The notes below the pieces were generated by a model. That model saw nothing but the letters and a program-made list of their open reading frames with translations. It had not been told where the DNA came from and ran no database searches. Of a stretch of 64,000 bases of DNA, positions 10,701 to 22,907 are shown one piece after another. The stretch comes from Cyanophora paradoxa CCMP329 (Eukaryota > Plantae > Glaucophyta). The DNA lies in assembly GCA_004431415.1 (NCBI GenBank), contig QPMI01000546.1, positions 116,657 through 180,656 of the forward strand, read 5' to 3'. Both the position numbers and the translations under genes were made by a program. Position 1 is the first letter of the stretch. Each line of letters begins with the position of its first letter.

Positions 10701-13700
10701 GGGGGCGAAGCGCTCCCAGCGCGCCCGCGAGTAGAGGCGGTAGGCCATCCCCGGCCTGCCGCGCGACGTCAGAGAGCAAGGGGCGGGGGAGGAGCCGCGC
10801 GCACCGGACGCGGCCGGCGCGCCCCGCGCGCTGCCGGGCGCTCGCCTTCGAGATCCACGTCGCCTGCGGGCCGGCCGCGGCCGGCGTGAGGTCCGGGCGC
10901 GGTGGGGGCGCGCGGGAGGCGCTGTGGGGCTCGCCTGGAGCTGGGCCATCTTGCGGATGACGTCGTGGGACTTCTCCTTGTGCCGCCCGAAGTCCACCAC
11001 GTACACCACGTCGTCTGCAAGGCGCGGGGCCCGGTCGGCGCGGGTCGAGGAAGGGGGCGGAGGGCCGGGGGCCGGGGGCCGGGGGCCGGGGGGCGGGGGG
11101 GGCGCGCCGACGGTGATGGAGGTCTCGGCGATGTTCGTCGCGAGGACGACCTTGCGCACCCCCGGCGGCATCCGCTCGAAGATCTGCGGCGGGCGAGCGG
11201 ACCTTCAGAAGGGGCGGGGCGGGGTCGGGTCGGGGCGGGGCGGGGCGGGGCGGGCCAGCTGCTGGTCGGAGGAGTTGAGGGTGGAGTGGAGGGGCAGGAT
11301 GCGGAGCGTCGAGGGGTCCAGGCGCCGCGACATGCGCAGCCGCTCCTGCGCCTTGCTGATCTGGTCCCACCTGCCCCCGCCTCAGCCTCGAGCCCCTAAA
11401 GCTCCTCTAATCGCCGTACCCCGGGAGGAAGACGAGGACGGCGCCGAGGAAGCCGTCGTCCCCCGCCACGTCCCACCGCTGCTTCCGCTCCTTCCGCCCG
11501 CTCGAGCTGCGCCCCGGCCTCAGCGGCGAGGCCCGAGAAGGAAGGAGGGGCGGGGCGGGGCGCGCGCGCGCCTTTCGGCGGCGCCCGACTTGCGGCCGTC
11601 GCTGCGGGGGGCGCGGCGTCGGCGCGCGCGAGAGAGAGCGGCCGGGGGCGCCGGGCCGGGGCGCACCGCTCGCCGCCCTCGTCGCGCTCCCGCCGCTCCC
11701 GCCGCTTCCCCTCCTCGTCCTCGTCCGAGCGCTCCCGGTCGCGCTTCCGGTCCTTGTCCCGCTCGCGGTCCTTGTCCCGGTCCTTGTCCCGCTCCTTCTC
11801 CTTCTCCTTGTCCCGCTTGCGGTCCCGGTCCCGGTCGCGCTCCTTGTCTTTGTCGTCCCGGTCCCTGTCCCTCTCTTTCTCCTTGTCCCGCTTCCGATCC
11901 TTGTCGTCCCTGTCCCTGCACCGCGCGCGGTCCGTGTCAGAGGCGGGAGCCGCGCGGCCGGCGCGGCGAGCGGACCGGTCCTTCCTGTCACGGTCCCGGC
12001 TCCGCTCGCGGCTCCGGCTCCGGCCGCGCTCCCGATCCCGGTCCCGGTCGCGGTCCCGGTCGCGGCGCCGTCCCTCCTCCGCCTCTCTGCGCGGCGGTCG
12101 CCAGGGCTCAGTTTGCTGCTTGCTCCGCGCCGGCGTCGGCCGGGCCGGGGCGGGCGCGCCTGTGCGAGCGGGACATCTCGGCCTCGCGGCCGCCCTCGCA
12201 GGGCCGCTCCTGCCGCGCGCGTCAGGTCGAGCGCAGAGGCGCGGAGGCGCGGGGGGGGGGGGGGGGGGGGGGAGGGGCGCGCCGTGTGGATGTGCCAGAT
12301 GACGTGCTCCTGCGCAAGACAGGACGGAACGCGGGCGGTCAGCAGGGGCGCGGAGAGCAGGCGAGAAGGCCGGCGAGGCGGGCGGGGGGTACGGACGAGG
12401 AGGTCGTAGTCGAAGTCCATGACGTCGTCGTCCTCCCCGTCGCCCCCGAACGGCCCGCTCGGCCGGCTCCTGCCCCCGCCGCACCGCCCCGCTCAGCGAG
12501 AGCGGGGGCGGGGCAGGGGGGCGAGGGGCGGGGGCACCGGCGGAGGGGACGCCCGAACGAGTCGCGGGACATGCCGGGGGGAGGCGCCGTGTACCGCGTC
12601 GCCGACGTCACGTCCTCCAGGAACAGCTCTGGCGGGGGGGGTACGCGCTCAGCGGGGGGCGGGGGGTACGGCGCTTCGCGTGCGTGCGCCCCGCCGCACC
12701 CTTGACGGGGTGCAGGTTGCCCGGGATGGTGAAGAGCGGCGGCCGCTCCCCGCCTGTTTGAGTCAGCGGGGGGTACGGGCGACGGACGAGGGAAAGGGGG
12801 TACCGCAAACGGGGGCGAAGTAGTCGGCGAAGCGCTCGGGATCGAGTGTAGCGGACATGAGCACGACCCGCAGGTCCGCCCTGGGTACGTGAATGGGTCA
12901 GAAGACGGGTATGGTGTCGCGGGGCGCGGGAGGGGTACCGGACGCGGAGCAGGTCCCGCAGGACGATGAGGAGCACGTCCGAGTTTAGATCTGCGGGGTA
13001 CGGTGTCAGAGGGGGGTACATGGCGGAGTCGGGCGGGGGCGGGGGGTACCGCGCTCATGGATCTCGTCGACGATGACGTGCGTGACGCCGCCCTGCGAGG
13101 CGCCGGGCCTGCCTCAGCGCCGGCACGGGTGGGGCCCAAGAACGAGGGGTACGGCGCGCCTGGGACGAGGTGAGGGACTTGTCGGACTGCATCCTGCGGG
13201 GGCGCTCAGGGAGGGCGGCGGGAAGGGGCGGAGGGGAGGGGCGAGTGGCGCCTGCGGAGGAGGATGCCGGTGGTGCAGAAGAGGATGAAGCCCGGCGTGG
13301 TCGGCATCACCGACTCCAGGCGGATCTGGTACCCCACGCTCTGCCCGCACCGGCCCTCCCCACGCTCCGCCGCGATGCGCTCCGCCACCGAGATCGCCGA
13401 GATGCGCCGCGGCTGAGGGGCGGGAGGGTCACGGGAGCTGGGCGGGCGGACGAAGAGGAGGGGCACGGCGCGGGGGCGCAGGGGCGTGCCTGGGTGACGA
13501 CGATGCGACACGAGGCGCCGCGGCCCTCCTCCACCCACCGGTCGAACACGAACTGGGGGACCTGCATGGCGGCGCTCAGCGGGGGGGTACGGCCGGCTCG
13601 GAGGGGGTACGCTCGCCTGGGTCGTCTTGCCGGAGCCCGTCTCACCGCAAACGACCACCACGCGGCTCGCGTCGACGAGCCTGTACCCCCGGGGCGTCAG

Positions 13701-15877
13701 GGCCGGGCCGGGCGCGAGGGCGGGGTACACGCGCCTGGCGATGTCCTCGCGGTGCTGCCAGACGGGCAGCTGCCGCCGCCTCTCCTGCGCGGCTGCGCGT
13801 GGGCGGCGGCCGCGGCGGAGAAGGAGGGAGATTATGGCGGGGAGGTACGGCGCACGAGGAACGAGCGGTAGCGGGGGTCGCTCTCCGACTTTCGCCGCAG
13901 CGCTTCGCGCATCGCGGCGCTCTGGCGCCGCGTTGGCGGGCGGGCGGCGGGCGGGTCTACAGGGGGCACGGGGGGCACCTGCAGGGCCTCGGCGGGGGTA
14001 CTCTTCATGGCGACGGGCTGCGAGGGGTCCAGCGGGGCGGCGGTGTGCCGCCCGAGGACGAGGGGCGTCGGCGCCGCCGCGCCGTCGGGCGGGGGCGGCG
14101 GCGGGGGCGCGTCCTGCGCGAAGCTAAGCGGCGGGCGGGCCGGCGGGGCGCGGCGGGGCGCGGCGGGGCGCACGGCGCGGCAGGCGTGGAGGAGCGCCTG
14201 GATGGAGCAGCGGTGCTGCTCGGAGAGCGTGATGTGCATCGGCTGCTGCGCCCCGGGCTCCCCCTGCGCCCCGCCCCGCCCCGCCTCAGCTTCAGCGGAC
14301 AGGGCCCCGCCCGGATTCGAGCCGGCGCGCCTTCTTCGCGGTGTTGGACTGCAGGTCCTGCGAGGTCATCTGGCCCACCGCCTGCAGCTGCGCAGGCGCG
14401 GGGAGCGGGTGCGTTCGGTCCGGGGTACGCGACAAATAGGGGGGTACGGCGCACCGCAAGGCAGCAGCTTTTCGCGGCGGCCTTTTCGGCGTCCTTCTTC
14501 GACGCTCCGACCGCCTCTCCGTATATCCGAGCGTCCCTGTACCCCGGCTCAAACCGGGAGGGGGTGGGGGCGGCGCGGGGGGGGGGCACCAGGGCACGCA
14601 GACGCGCATGGTCCAGCTGCGCCCGCCGGGCTGGGGCATCCCGATGTACTGCGGCTGCCCGCACCTGCGCGGCAGCCGGCGTCGGCCAAGAAGAAGAGGG
14701 GTCGGGAGGGGGAGGGAGAGGGGTACCGCCGCTTCTGGAACAGGGCGGCGAGCATGGACTTCCAGTTGTACGGGTCCGTGTCCCCGCCGCCGCCGCCGCC
14801 GCCGCCGCCGCGCCGCCGGCCGCTTCCGCCCATGTCGGCCGGCGACTGCATGCCGAGGGCGCCGAGGCCGCTGCCGGCGGACTGCGCGTAGCCGGGGAGG
14901 AGCGCCGAGGGGGGTGCCGGCCGCCCCGCCTCCAGGCCGCACTCCTCCACAAAGGCCAGAGCCGCGAAGATCTAGACGCCCGGGCCGCCTCAGACCGCGG
15001 CGGGCGGACCGGGGCGGGGCGGGGCGGGGCGGCGCACGACGGCGGCCTCGGCCTCCTTCTTGGATCCTCCGTCGGCGCGCACCAGCGCCGCCTCCGAGTC
15101 CGCCTCATCCTCGCTGCGCCCCGCCGTCCCGTGAGCTGCGCGCGGCGCGGCGGGGCGCGTGTGTGTGTGCGGCGCGCGAGCGCGCCTGTCGCTGCTCTCT
15201 TCTTCCTTCTTGATGCCGCCCGCGGCGCCGTCGCCGCCGCCGCCGCCGGCGCCGCGGCGAGCGGGGAGCGGGAGCTGGAGGACGGCGCGCCAGCTGGAGC
15301 CGCCCGTCCGCTCGAAGTCGGGGAGGCAGAGCCAGGCCGCGCCGAACGTGCCCTTCAGCAGCCGCCGCGCCTGCTCCGCGCTGCTCACGATCGTGCCGCT
15401 CCTCCGGCTCACGAAGCCCCCCAGAGCGCCCGAGGACGAGGCCCCGGGCATCGGCGAGGCGCGCGGCGCGAGCGGCTGCGGCGAGGAGGACGGGAGCGCG
15501 ACGCCGCGGGCGGGGCCCGAGGCCCGCCGCCTCTCGAAGGCCTCCAGCGCCGCCAGGCAGCACAGGCGCTCTGCCTCCTTCTTGTTCGCCGCCTTCCCCT
15601 CTATCACGAGCGGCTGCGCGGCGGCGGCCGCGGCGTTAGGCGGGAGCGGGTGGGGAGCGGGAGCCGCGCGACGCGCCTCGGTTCCGGACAGCGGCGCGAG
15701 CGCCAAGCGCGCGATCCATTGCCGGTCGTGGTCCGCTGCGGTGGCGGTCAGAAGGCGAGGACCGAGGCTTTCGCATTGGGCGCGCGCACCGCCGGAGCAC
15801 TCAAAGGCGAGCGCTGGCGGCTCCTGTCCCATGTAGCGCCGCAGCGCGTTCTTCGGGTTACGCTCCCGCTCGCCCAT
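7777..15877 (-). CDS. Multi-exon DExH/RHA-family ATP-dependent RNA helicase (DHX36/DHX57/DHX30-like) with N-terminal dsRBD-like domains, HA2 and OB-fold
   Basis: Spliced motifs: [135 protein letters not shown]; dsRBD-like ends [15 protein letters not shown] and [19 protein letters not shown] at 15877 and TGA at 7777-7779 inferred by hand splicing. Confidence 0.93.
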
Positions 15878-16452
15878 CGCGCCGCCGCTCCCGCGCTCGT
15901 CCTCGAAAACTCAGGCCGAACGGGCAGCACGACGATGGTGCGGTTCTGACTCGTCTCGTAGCCGGGCGAGCGCGAATTCGACGGCTTCGAGAACTCTGTC
16001 GCGCCTCCGAGAACTCGGCTCGGCTCCGCTGGGCGCCAATTTGCATGTCAAACCATCGAAATCCGCCCCGATTTCGCGCGGCGCCGTCCCGCTCACCGCA
16101 GCACCTCGGAAGCATTGCCATAGCTCGCTGAGACGATTCTCGGTCTCGCCAGGAGACGCCGCCGAGCGACGAAGCTAAGTGCGCAGGGAGACGCGAGCGG
16201 CTGTGATCGATATCGCTCTGGCAGCAACCTGCTCGCGTTTTAGGAAGCAAGCGAATCCAGCTGACCCCAGCACCACTTAGCACCGCAGCGCAGGCGGCTA
16301 TTGCTCGACCGCGCGGCCGCGGCTGCGGCCGAAGCTCCCGAAGCTACGTATACACGTAGCTAAAGATTAAGTGCATCGCTATGCACGTGATCGCCGACCC
16401 TGCGAATCGATGGGCGACCGCGGCCGGCCAGCCGAGGAGGACGGTGTTGCAG

Positions 16453-18657
16453 GCGCATCCGAACAAGGGACGACCCCAGACGTTCACCCTGGCGGACATA
16501 TCAGAGGTCCGAGCGCTTAATCGTACGCGCGTGTTTGCTTGTGTGTCCGCCGCGCGCATGCGCATACGCGTACGCTCATCAATCTCGTTTCATGATCAGG
16601 ACGGCCAATACGTAGTCGCCGCGCTTCGCACGGAGGAGAACGGCACCGTTACCGCGCACGCGCACGGCGCCATGGCGCTCTGGGCTGTCCGGAACCGGCG
16701 GGTGGTGAGGTGGTGGACCAACAAAGCGCACGGCAAGAAGCGAATCACTGCCCTCCGTTTCGTCGCGGACGGGACCAAGATCCTCTCTGGGGGCGAAGAC
16801 GGCGTCGTTCGTCTCTGGTCCACGGGCCTCAGTCGTGAGTCGGATCTAGACCCGCAGGTCCCGCTGGCGACGTTCAAGTGCCGCGGGGCGGTCTGCTCCG
16901 TCGCCGCAGCCTTCTCCCAGGCATGCGCATGACTTGCCCTGCGCATGCCGGCTTCCGACACATCCTGATCCTGACGTCGCGCGCCCCCAGGATCCGGCTC
17001 TGATAGTCGCTGGGGCGGACGGCGGCACCGTATCAGCGTGGAGCTCGCAAGGAGGGCCCCCGCTGCTCGTTCGCTCCATGGTCGCCGACCGCGTCATGCA
17101 GCCGAAGTCAGTCTGCGTCTCGCCGGTTCGAACTCCGCCTTCGTTTTGCGGGGCCTCGTTGGTAAACGATGAGCAGGACGCGTCCTGGGCGGCTGCGTGC
17201 TCGCCCGAGGGCTCGATACGCGCGTGGGACATCTCCAGCAAGGAAGACCTGCTGGCGGAGCTGAGCAGTGGATCGGCCATCCCGATTGCGTGCTTCGCTG
17301 TTCGTCCCCTCGGCCCGGCCCGCGCCCCGTACGCGTTCGCCGGGCGACGTTTTTTCTGACAGCTACGGGGCCCCGCGCGCAGACGGAGGAGACACTTGCG
17401 GTCTGCGACAAGAACGGATCGCTCCGGTTCTGGCAACGCGATCGAAGCTTAAGGGAGGGCGCCCCGGGCGCGGGCAGCCGCCTCGTGGAGGGCGCGAGGG
17501 CCGTGCAGCTCGCGCAGGACTCGGCGTGCACGTGTGCCGCCTCCTCGCACGACCTGAGCCTGTTCGCGATGGAGGTCGGCAGCGGGACCGTGCGGCTGTA
17601 CGGCCGCGACGGGCGCTGCATCCGGGAGCTCTACGGCCTTGGTTCTGACAGGGAGCGCGTGAAAAGCATAGCCGTCTCGCAGGTGAGAGCGGCCTCTCCC
17701 CGGCGCTTCATGATCAGCCCCGCGCGCGCGCGCGGGGCTCGCCTCGCCCTGCAGCTCATCCGTTCGCCGACAGGACGCGAACTCGATCGTGGCGTGCTAC
17801 GAGCGGAGGCTCGTCGTCTGGAGCCTCCAGGGGGTCCGCCTCCTCCCCTCTCGCTTGCCTCTCTGGCATTCTCTGAGCGCGCGTGCTCCAGGGCGCAGAG
17901 GCGGGCCCCGCGTCCCCTCCGCCTGTGGATTGCCAAGCGCCGCCCGTAGAGCGGCAGGCTGCGGCTGGCGCCGCGGGGCCGCCCGCCGCCCCTTTGGACG
18001 TGCGCCCGGCCCCTCCTCTTCGCACCGAGCGCTCCTTCTCACAACTCTCGGCAGCGGTTCTTGGCGACGCTGCAGGAGGCGGCGGCCGGCGCCGCGGCCG
18101 CGCAGCGCGAGATCGCCGAGCTGCGGGAGCGGGCGGGGCGGGCCGAGCAAGCCGAGCGGGAGCTGGAGGAGGCGCGGCAGCGGGCGGAGCGGGCGGAGGC
18201 GGCGCGGGCGCGCGAGGCGGAGGGCCTGCAGCGGCGGCTGGCGGCGTCCGAGGCGCGGGCGGGGGAGGCGGAGGGGAGGGCGGGGCGGCTGGCCGCGCAG
18301 CTGGAGACGGCCGTGCAGCTCTCCGAGGGGCACCTCGCGGGGCTCTCGGCGGCGCAGCTGCGCGAGCTCTCCGAGCGGCTGGCGCGGGAGGTCCGCCGCG
18401 TGGACGACCTCCGCACGGAGGCCGCGCTGCGGGAGGCGCAGGCCGCCGCGCAGCAGCGGGCGGCCGCCGCCAAGGCCGAGGAGGAGAAGCAGTGCGTCGT
18501 CTGCCTCGAGTCGCTCGCCTCCCGGCCGCAGATGGCCGTGATCCCCTGCGGCCACGCCAAGCTCTGCGAGACGTGCGCCACGAACCTGCTGAGCAAGCAG
18601 GACCCGTGCCCAGAGTGCCGCAGCCCTATCATGAATTGCATGCGCGTGTTCACGTAG
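16453..18657 (+). CDS. Multi-exon WD40-repeat / coiled-coil / C-terminal RING-finger protein (putative E3 ligase); true start upstream and unresolved
   Basis: WD repeats AHGKKRITALRFVADGTKILSGGEDGVVRLW, IVAGADGGTVSAW, ACSPEGSIRAWD, VCDKNGSLRFW; long A/E/R heptad region 18061-18490; terminal RING CVVC...IPCGHAKLCETC...CPECRSPIMNCMRVFT-stop (IAP/MDM2-like spacing). Confidence 0.85.
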
Positions 18658-18975
18658 TGATTCCAATTATAATTATACCGATCCGTACATGTACAAAGTA
18701 CTTGCAATTGAAAGCTCGCTTTGATTTGCCCTCGAGCGCACGCCATGGCCAGTTGCGCATGCCCCGGGCCCGCTGCAGCTGCATGCAGTCGCCCGGCCCA
18801 TATTATGCATGCACGGTGATGCATCCGACCGCGGTCCGTTGCACGTCCTTTAAACGCGGGTTGGTGCGATTTAAATCTGCCCTAAGCCTACACGCTACGA
18901 GCCTCCGGCGCCTACAGAGGTTCGTGCCATCCTGCAGCTGCGGCGCACACGCTAGCGCTGCTGCACGCGTCGGTC

Positions 18976-19023
18976 CCTGCTGCCTGCCTGCCTGCTGCCT
19001 GCCTGCCTGCCCTGCCTGCCCGC
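18976..19023. repeat. Imperfect (CCTG)n microsatellite between convergent 3' ends
   Basis: cctgctgcctgcctgcctgctgcctgcctgcctgccctgcctgcc. Confidence 0.7.
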
Positions 19024-19024
19024 C

Positions 19025-22000
19025 TCAGCCGAGCTCGAAGAAGGCCCAGAAGTCGTCGCGCTCGCGGCCCTGCAGCTCGACGACGACCTCCACGCCTGCC
19101 TCGGCCAGGCCCAGGCGCTCCAGCGCGCGCCGCCCCGCCCAGCGCGCGAAGGCCACGCGCCGCGCCTCGGCGCTCGCCCCCTCGTCCGCCGGCGCCCCCT
19201 CCCACGACTCGGGGATGTCGAACTCGTCGCCGAGCCAGACGCGGGCCTGGGGCCGGCGGAGGGGCCCGGCGGGCCCCGCTGGGCGCGGGGGCACGAGGAG
19301 GCAGAAGAGCTTGTCGTCGGCGAGGTCGTCCGTGTCGAAGAGGTCGAGGGGCTCCCAGTTGGGCCACTCCAGCAGCCGCCCGCCCCCGCGGCTCTCCCGC
19401 CCCGCCACCCCCATCGCCGGGCTCGCCGGGCCCCGCTTCGCGCTCGGCGGCGGCGTCGCCGAGGAGGGCGAGGGGCCGAGGCCGGCGCGGGGGCGGCGCG
19501 GGGCGTCGGGGCCGGCGAGGAGCCGAAGACGCGCCTGTGGTCGCGCTCCTCGGCCCGCGCCGCCGCCTCGAGGTTCGAGTCGTAGGCGGGGACGCGCCCC
19601 GGGAGCAGGCGCCCGCCCAGGGCCTCCCAGAAGGCCGGCGGCTCGGCGCCCTCGGAGACCTCCTCCACGCGGCCCGGGGCCTTCTCGAAGCGCGTGAGCC
19701 GCGGGACGAGCCGCTCCAGGGCGTAGTGCCGGAAGCGCGGGTGGCACTTGGCGCCCGTCCAGACGTAGATCGCCGCCGGCGTGTGCAGCACCGCGCAGCC
19801 GCGGCTGTCGAGGCTGTTCGCCCGGTCCCGCTCGCTGACCTCCCGCGAGACGATGCCGACGGCGTCGCCGGGGCCCAGCACGGGGCCCTCCCGCCCCGAG
19901 GGCCGGGGCGGGTACTGCCCCGGGGACAGCACGACGGGCAGGGTGAGGTAGAGGCGGGGCGGGGAGCCGTCGGGGAGCCCCTCCATGCAGCGCTTGCGCC
20001 ACTGGAGCAGCTGGCACACGAAGCCCGTGTTCGGGTTGCAGATCCCCCGCTTCTCCTTCACGCCCTGCCAGCCAGCGAGCGAGCGGGCGAGCGGCGCGCG
20101 CCGTCAGCGCCGGCCGCGCCGAAGCGAGCGCCGCGACGCAAGCCGGGCCGGGGCCGGCCGCACCTGGTAGACCTCGTCGTAGGGCCGCCAGCCCTGGGAG
20201 TACATGAGGTAGCCGATCACCATCGACGAGGAGCGCGAGACGCCCTGCGCGGCCGCCGGGCGGCGTGAGGGGCGCGGGGCGGGCGGGGCGGCGGGGCGCG
20301 GGGCGGGGGCGGACCTGGTAGCAGTGGACGAGGACGCGGCCGCCGGCGCGGCGGGCGGCGTCGATGAACTCGATCACGTCGTAGAAGTAGCACGAGATGT
20401 CCTCGTTCGGGCTGCCGGCCCCGCGGGTAAGAGAGACGGGGGGGGGGGGGGCGGGCGGGCGGGCGGGCGGGGGCGGGCCTGTCGGAGAGGTAGAGGGTGC
20501 GGTAGATGAGGTCGTCGGGGAAGTGCTCGGCGCAGTCGCCGCCGGCGCAGTTGAGCACGTGCGTGATCCCGTGCTGCGCCAGCGTCGCCCGGTTCGACGC
20601 CACGTCGTTCGAGGCCAGGTACAGGAAGTCGGTAATCTGGCGGGGCGACGTCACGGGGGGCGCGGGGGAAGGAAGAAGGTGGAGGGGAGGGGCGAGGGCG
20701 CGCCTGGGAGCAGATGCGGTTGAAGTGCTCGAACTTGAGCTTGCGCGCCTGGCGCTCCGTCAGCTCCGCCCGCCCGTTCTGGAGGGCCGCCAGGTCCAGC
20801 GCCGGCGGCGGGCCCGCGCGGCTCGCCAGCACCGCGCGCCCGCCGCCCTGCGCGCCGCTGCTCGAGGCGGAGCCGGGCCGGCCGTTGTTGGCGCCCGCCC
20901 CGAGGGAGAGGGAGAGGGGAGCTTGAGCGGGGGCTTGGGCGGGGGCCCCGCGGCGTCGCCCCGTTGCAGTTGGGCGCCTCGTTCTGCGACTCGGCCGGGG
21001 CGGCACCGGGACGGGCACGCGGGGCGAGGGGCCGCTCGAGGTGGTCCGCGGGAGGGTCCGCTGGAGGGCGGGCCCGAGGCGGTGCGCGGGAGGAGCCGGC
21101 CGACTCGGCGGTCCGCGGGAGGGCCGCCCCGGGTTGCGCGGCGACGCCCGGGAGCCGCGGGGCGTCCGCGGCGAGGCCCGCACGGCCGCCGGCGAGCCGC
21201 TCGCCTGCTGCACGCCCGGCAGCGCCGGCTGCAGCGGCGCGAAGCCCATCGGCCCGGGGCCCGCCCGCGTCCGCGTGGGCGGCTCGGGGGAGTGGGGGGA
21301 CAGGCCGCCTCCCGAGAGGCGCCGCACCGGCGGCGGTCCGCCGAGCGCCGAGCCGCCGGCGAGGGCGAGGCGGGGGATCTCGACGGGCCGCCCCGCGGCG
21401 AGGGACCTGGGTTCTGCGGCGCGGGTCAGGCACGCGGGTGCGGGCAGAGGAAGAGGAAAGAATGAAGAGAAAAAGGAACGGACCAGGGGAGCGGGCGACG
21501 ACCTGGGCGTAGGTGACGGAGGGAGCGAGGGCGGCACCGTCCCCGGACGGGACGGAGGCGCGGGCGCGGGAAGGAGAGCCCGGCCGGTCGGACGGGCCGG
21601 AGATCGCGGGAGGTGCGCCGGCTGTGGAAGCGAAGAAGAGCGCGTGGGTGGCCCTGAAGGAGCGACGCGGCCGGGCGCCGCCGGAGCTCCTCCGAGGCTT
21701 CGCCTCCTCCCGCGGCTGCGCCTCCGGTTCGGGCGCCGGCACGTGCGAGACGTGCGCTGCTGCTTCCCAGAGCCTGCGGAGCAGGCCCTGACCGGAGAGA
21801 ACTGCGTCTAAGGAGGCCTTGCTGGCAGCTCCGGGAAAGAGCGATGAAAGTGGGACGGCGAACGGCGCGTCCGGTCCGCCGGCGGACTGCTCTCGGCTGC
21901 TCTTTCGAGACGACTCCCGCAGACGCTCCAGCTCCTTCTCGAGCTCGAAGCCGCGTGTCAGGGCGCACGCCCTCGTCACAGGAGCCGCGTTCTTCCCGTT

Positions 22001-22438
22001 CCAGACGTAGATGTCGTGCTCCACAGCGGACTCATCGCCGGAGTCGAGCGATCGCTTGCAGCCGCCTCCGCAAAACCGCGCGTCAAGCCCCCGGGGAGTC
22101 AGGCTGCTGCCCATTGCCTCCACAAGATCGCCAAGGTTAGGCTGGCTGCCAGAGCCGCCGGGCGCCACTTCAGCTGCTGCATCACCAGCGCTGATGCTGG
22201 CAGAGATGGAACGATGCGAGTGGAGCACGAGAAAGCAGCTGTTGGGGTCGAACTGCTTCAAGCTCTGCAGGTCGTGCAGTTCAAACTGCACTGCCCCAGC
22301 AGGGCCGACTGAGGTTCTCCATATCGATATACAACTAGAGAAAGGCCCAGCTGGAGCTGAAACGAGCGTGGCGGCGTGCTCGATGTGTGCCTCAAAGCTC
22401 TGCCGGCCCCTGAGCGCGACGGCTACTTGATTGCCCAT
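19025..22438 (-). CDS. MKP1: Multi-exon dual-specificity (MAP kinase) phosphatase with gelsolin-like domains, plant MKP1-like
   Basis: CSQITDFLYL...GITHVLNC...LYLSDSPNEDISCYFYDVIEFID...RVLVHCYQGVSRSSSMVIGYLM...VKEKRGICNPNTGFVCQLLQW; gelsolin-like SLDSRGCAVLHTPAAIYVWTGAKC...VSEGAEPPAFWEAL and VVELQGRERDDFWAFF. The start (MGNQ at 22438) is tentative. Confidence 0.85.
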
Positions 22439-22907
22439 CGTAGTCGCCCCAACGTGCTCAAGAAGAGCACGCTGTACTCGGGGACGACCTGCGGGGGGAC
22501 GCGGACTAATGAGCGAGGGCGAGGACGTGTGATCGACGAGAACCTCGCAGTCGAGGCTTTCCGTGGCCGGATCGGTCGGGCAGAGCGTTTTGCGAACCTC
22601 AGGGGTGCCTCCACGCGTCGCCGGCTGCAAAACGATGCTCTGTCCGGGGTACGATTGCAAATCTGCTCAATCCGCTTCCCGGCTGGTACCCGCTTCTGGT
22701 CTCTTACTGGGCTCTGTAACAGTCTGTGGCATCCACGCAGCTTTCCTGATTGCCTCGAGCGTAGCCCTGCACCCGGCGCGAGCCTGCCGGCTTGCTTCGC
22801 CTCCCGTGCCCCGCCCAGCAGCAGTTCGTCTAAGCTAGCTAGCTACAGCCCTCAGCCCTCAAGCCTCGCCAGCGCTGCGGCCGCGAGGGCCGTCCGCAAA
22901 AAACGCG

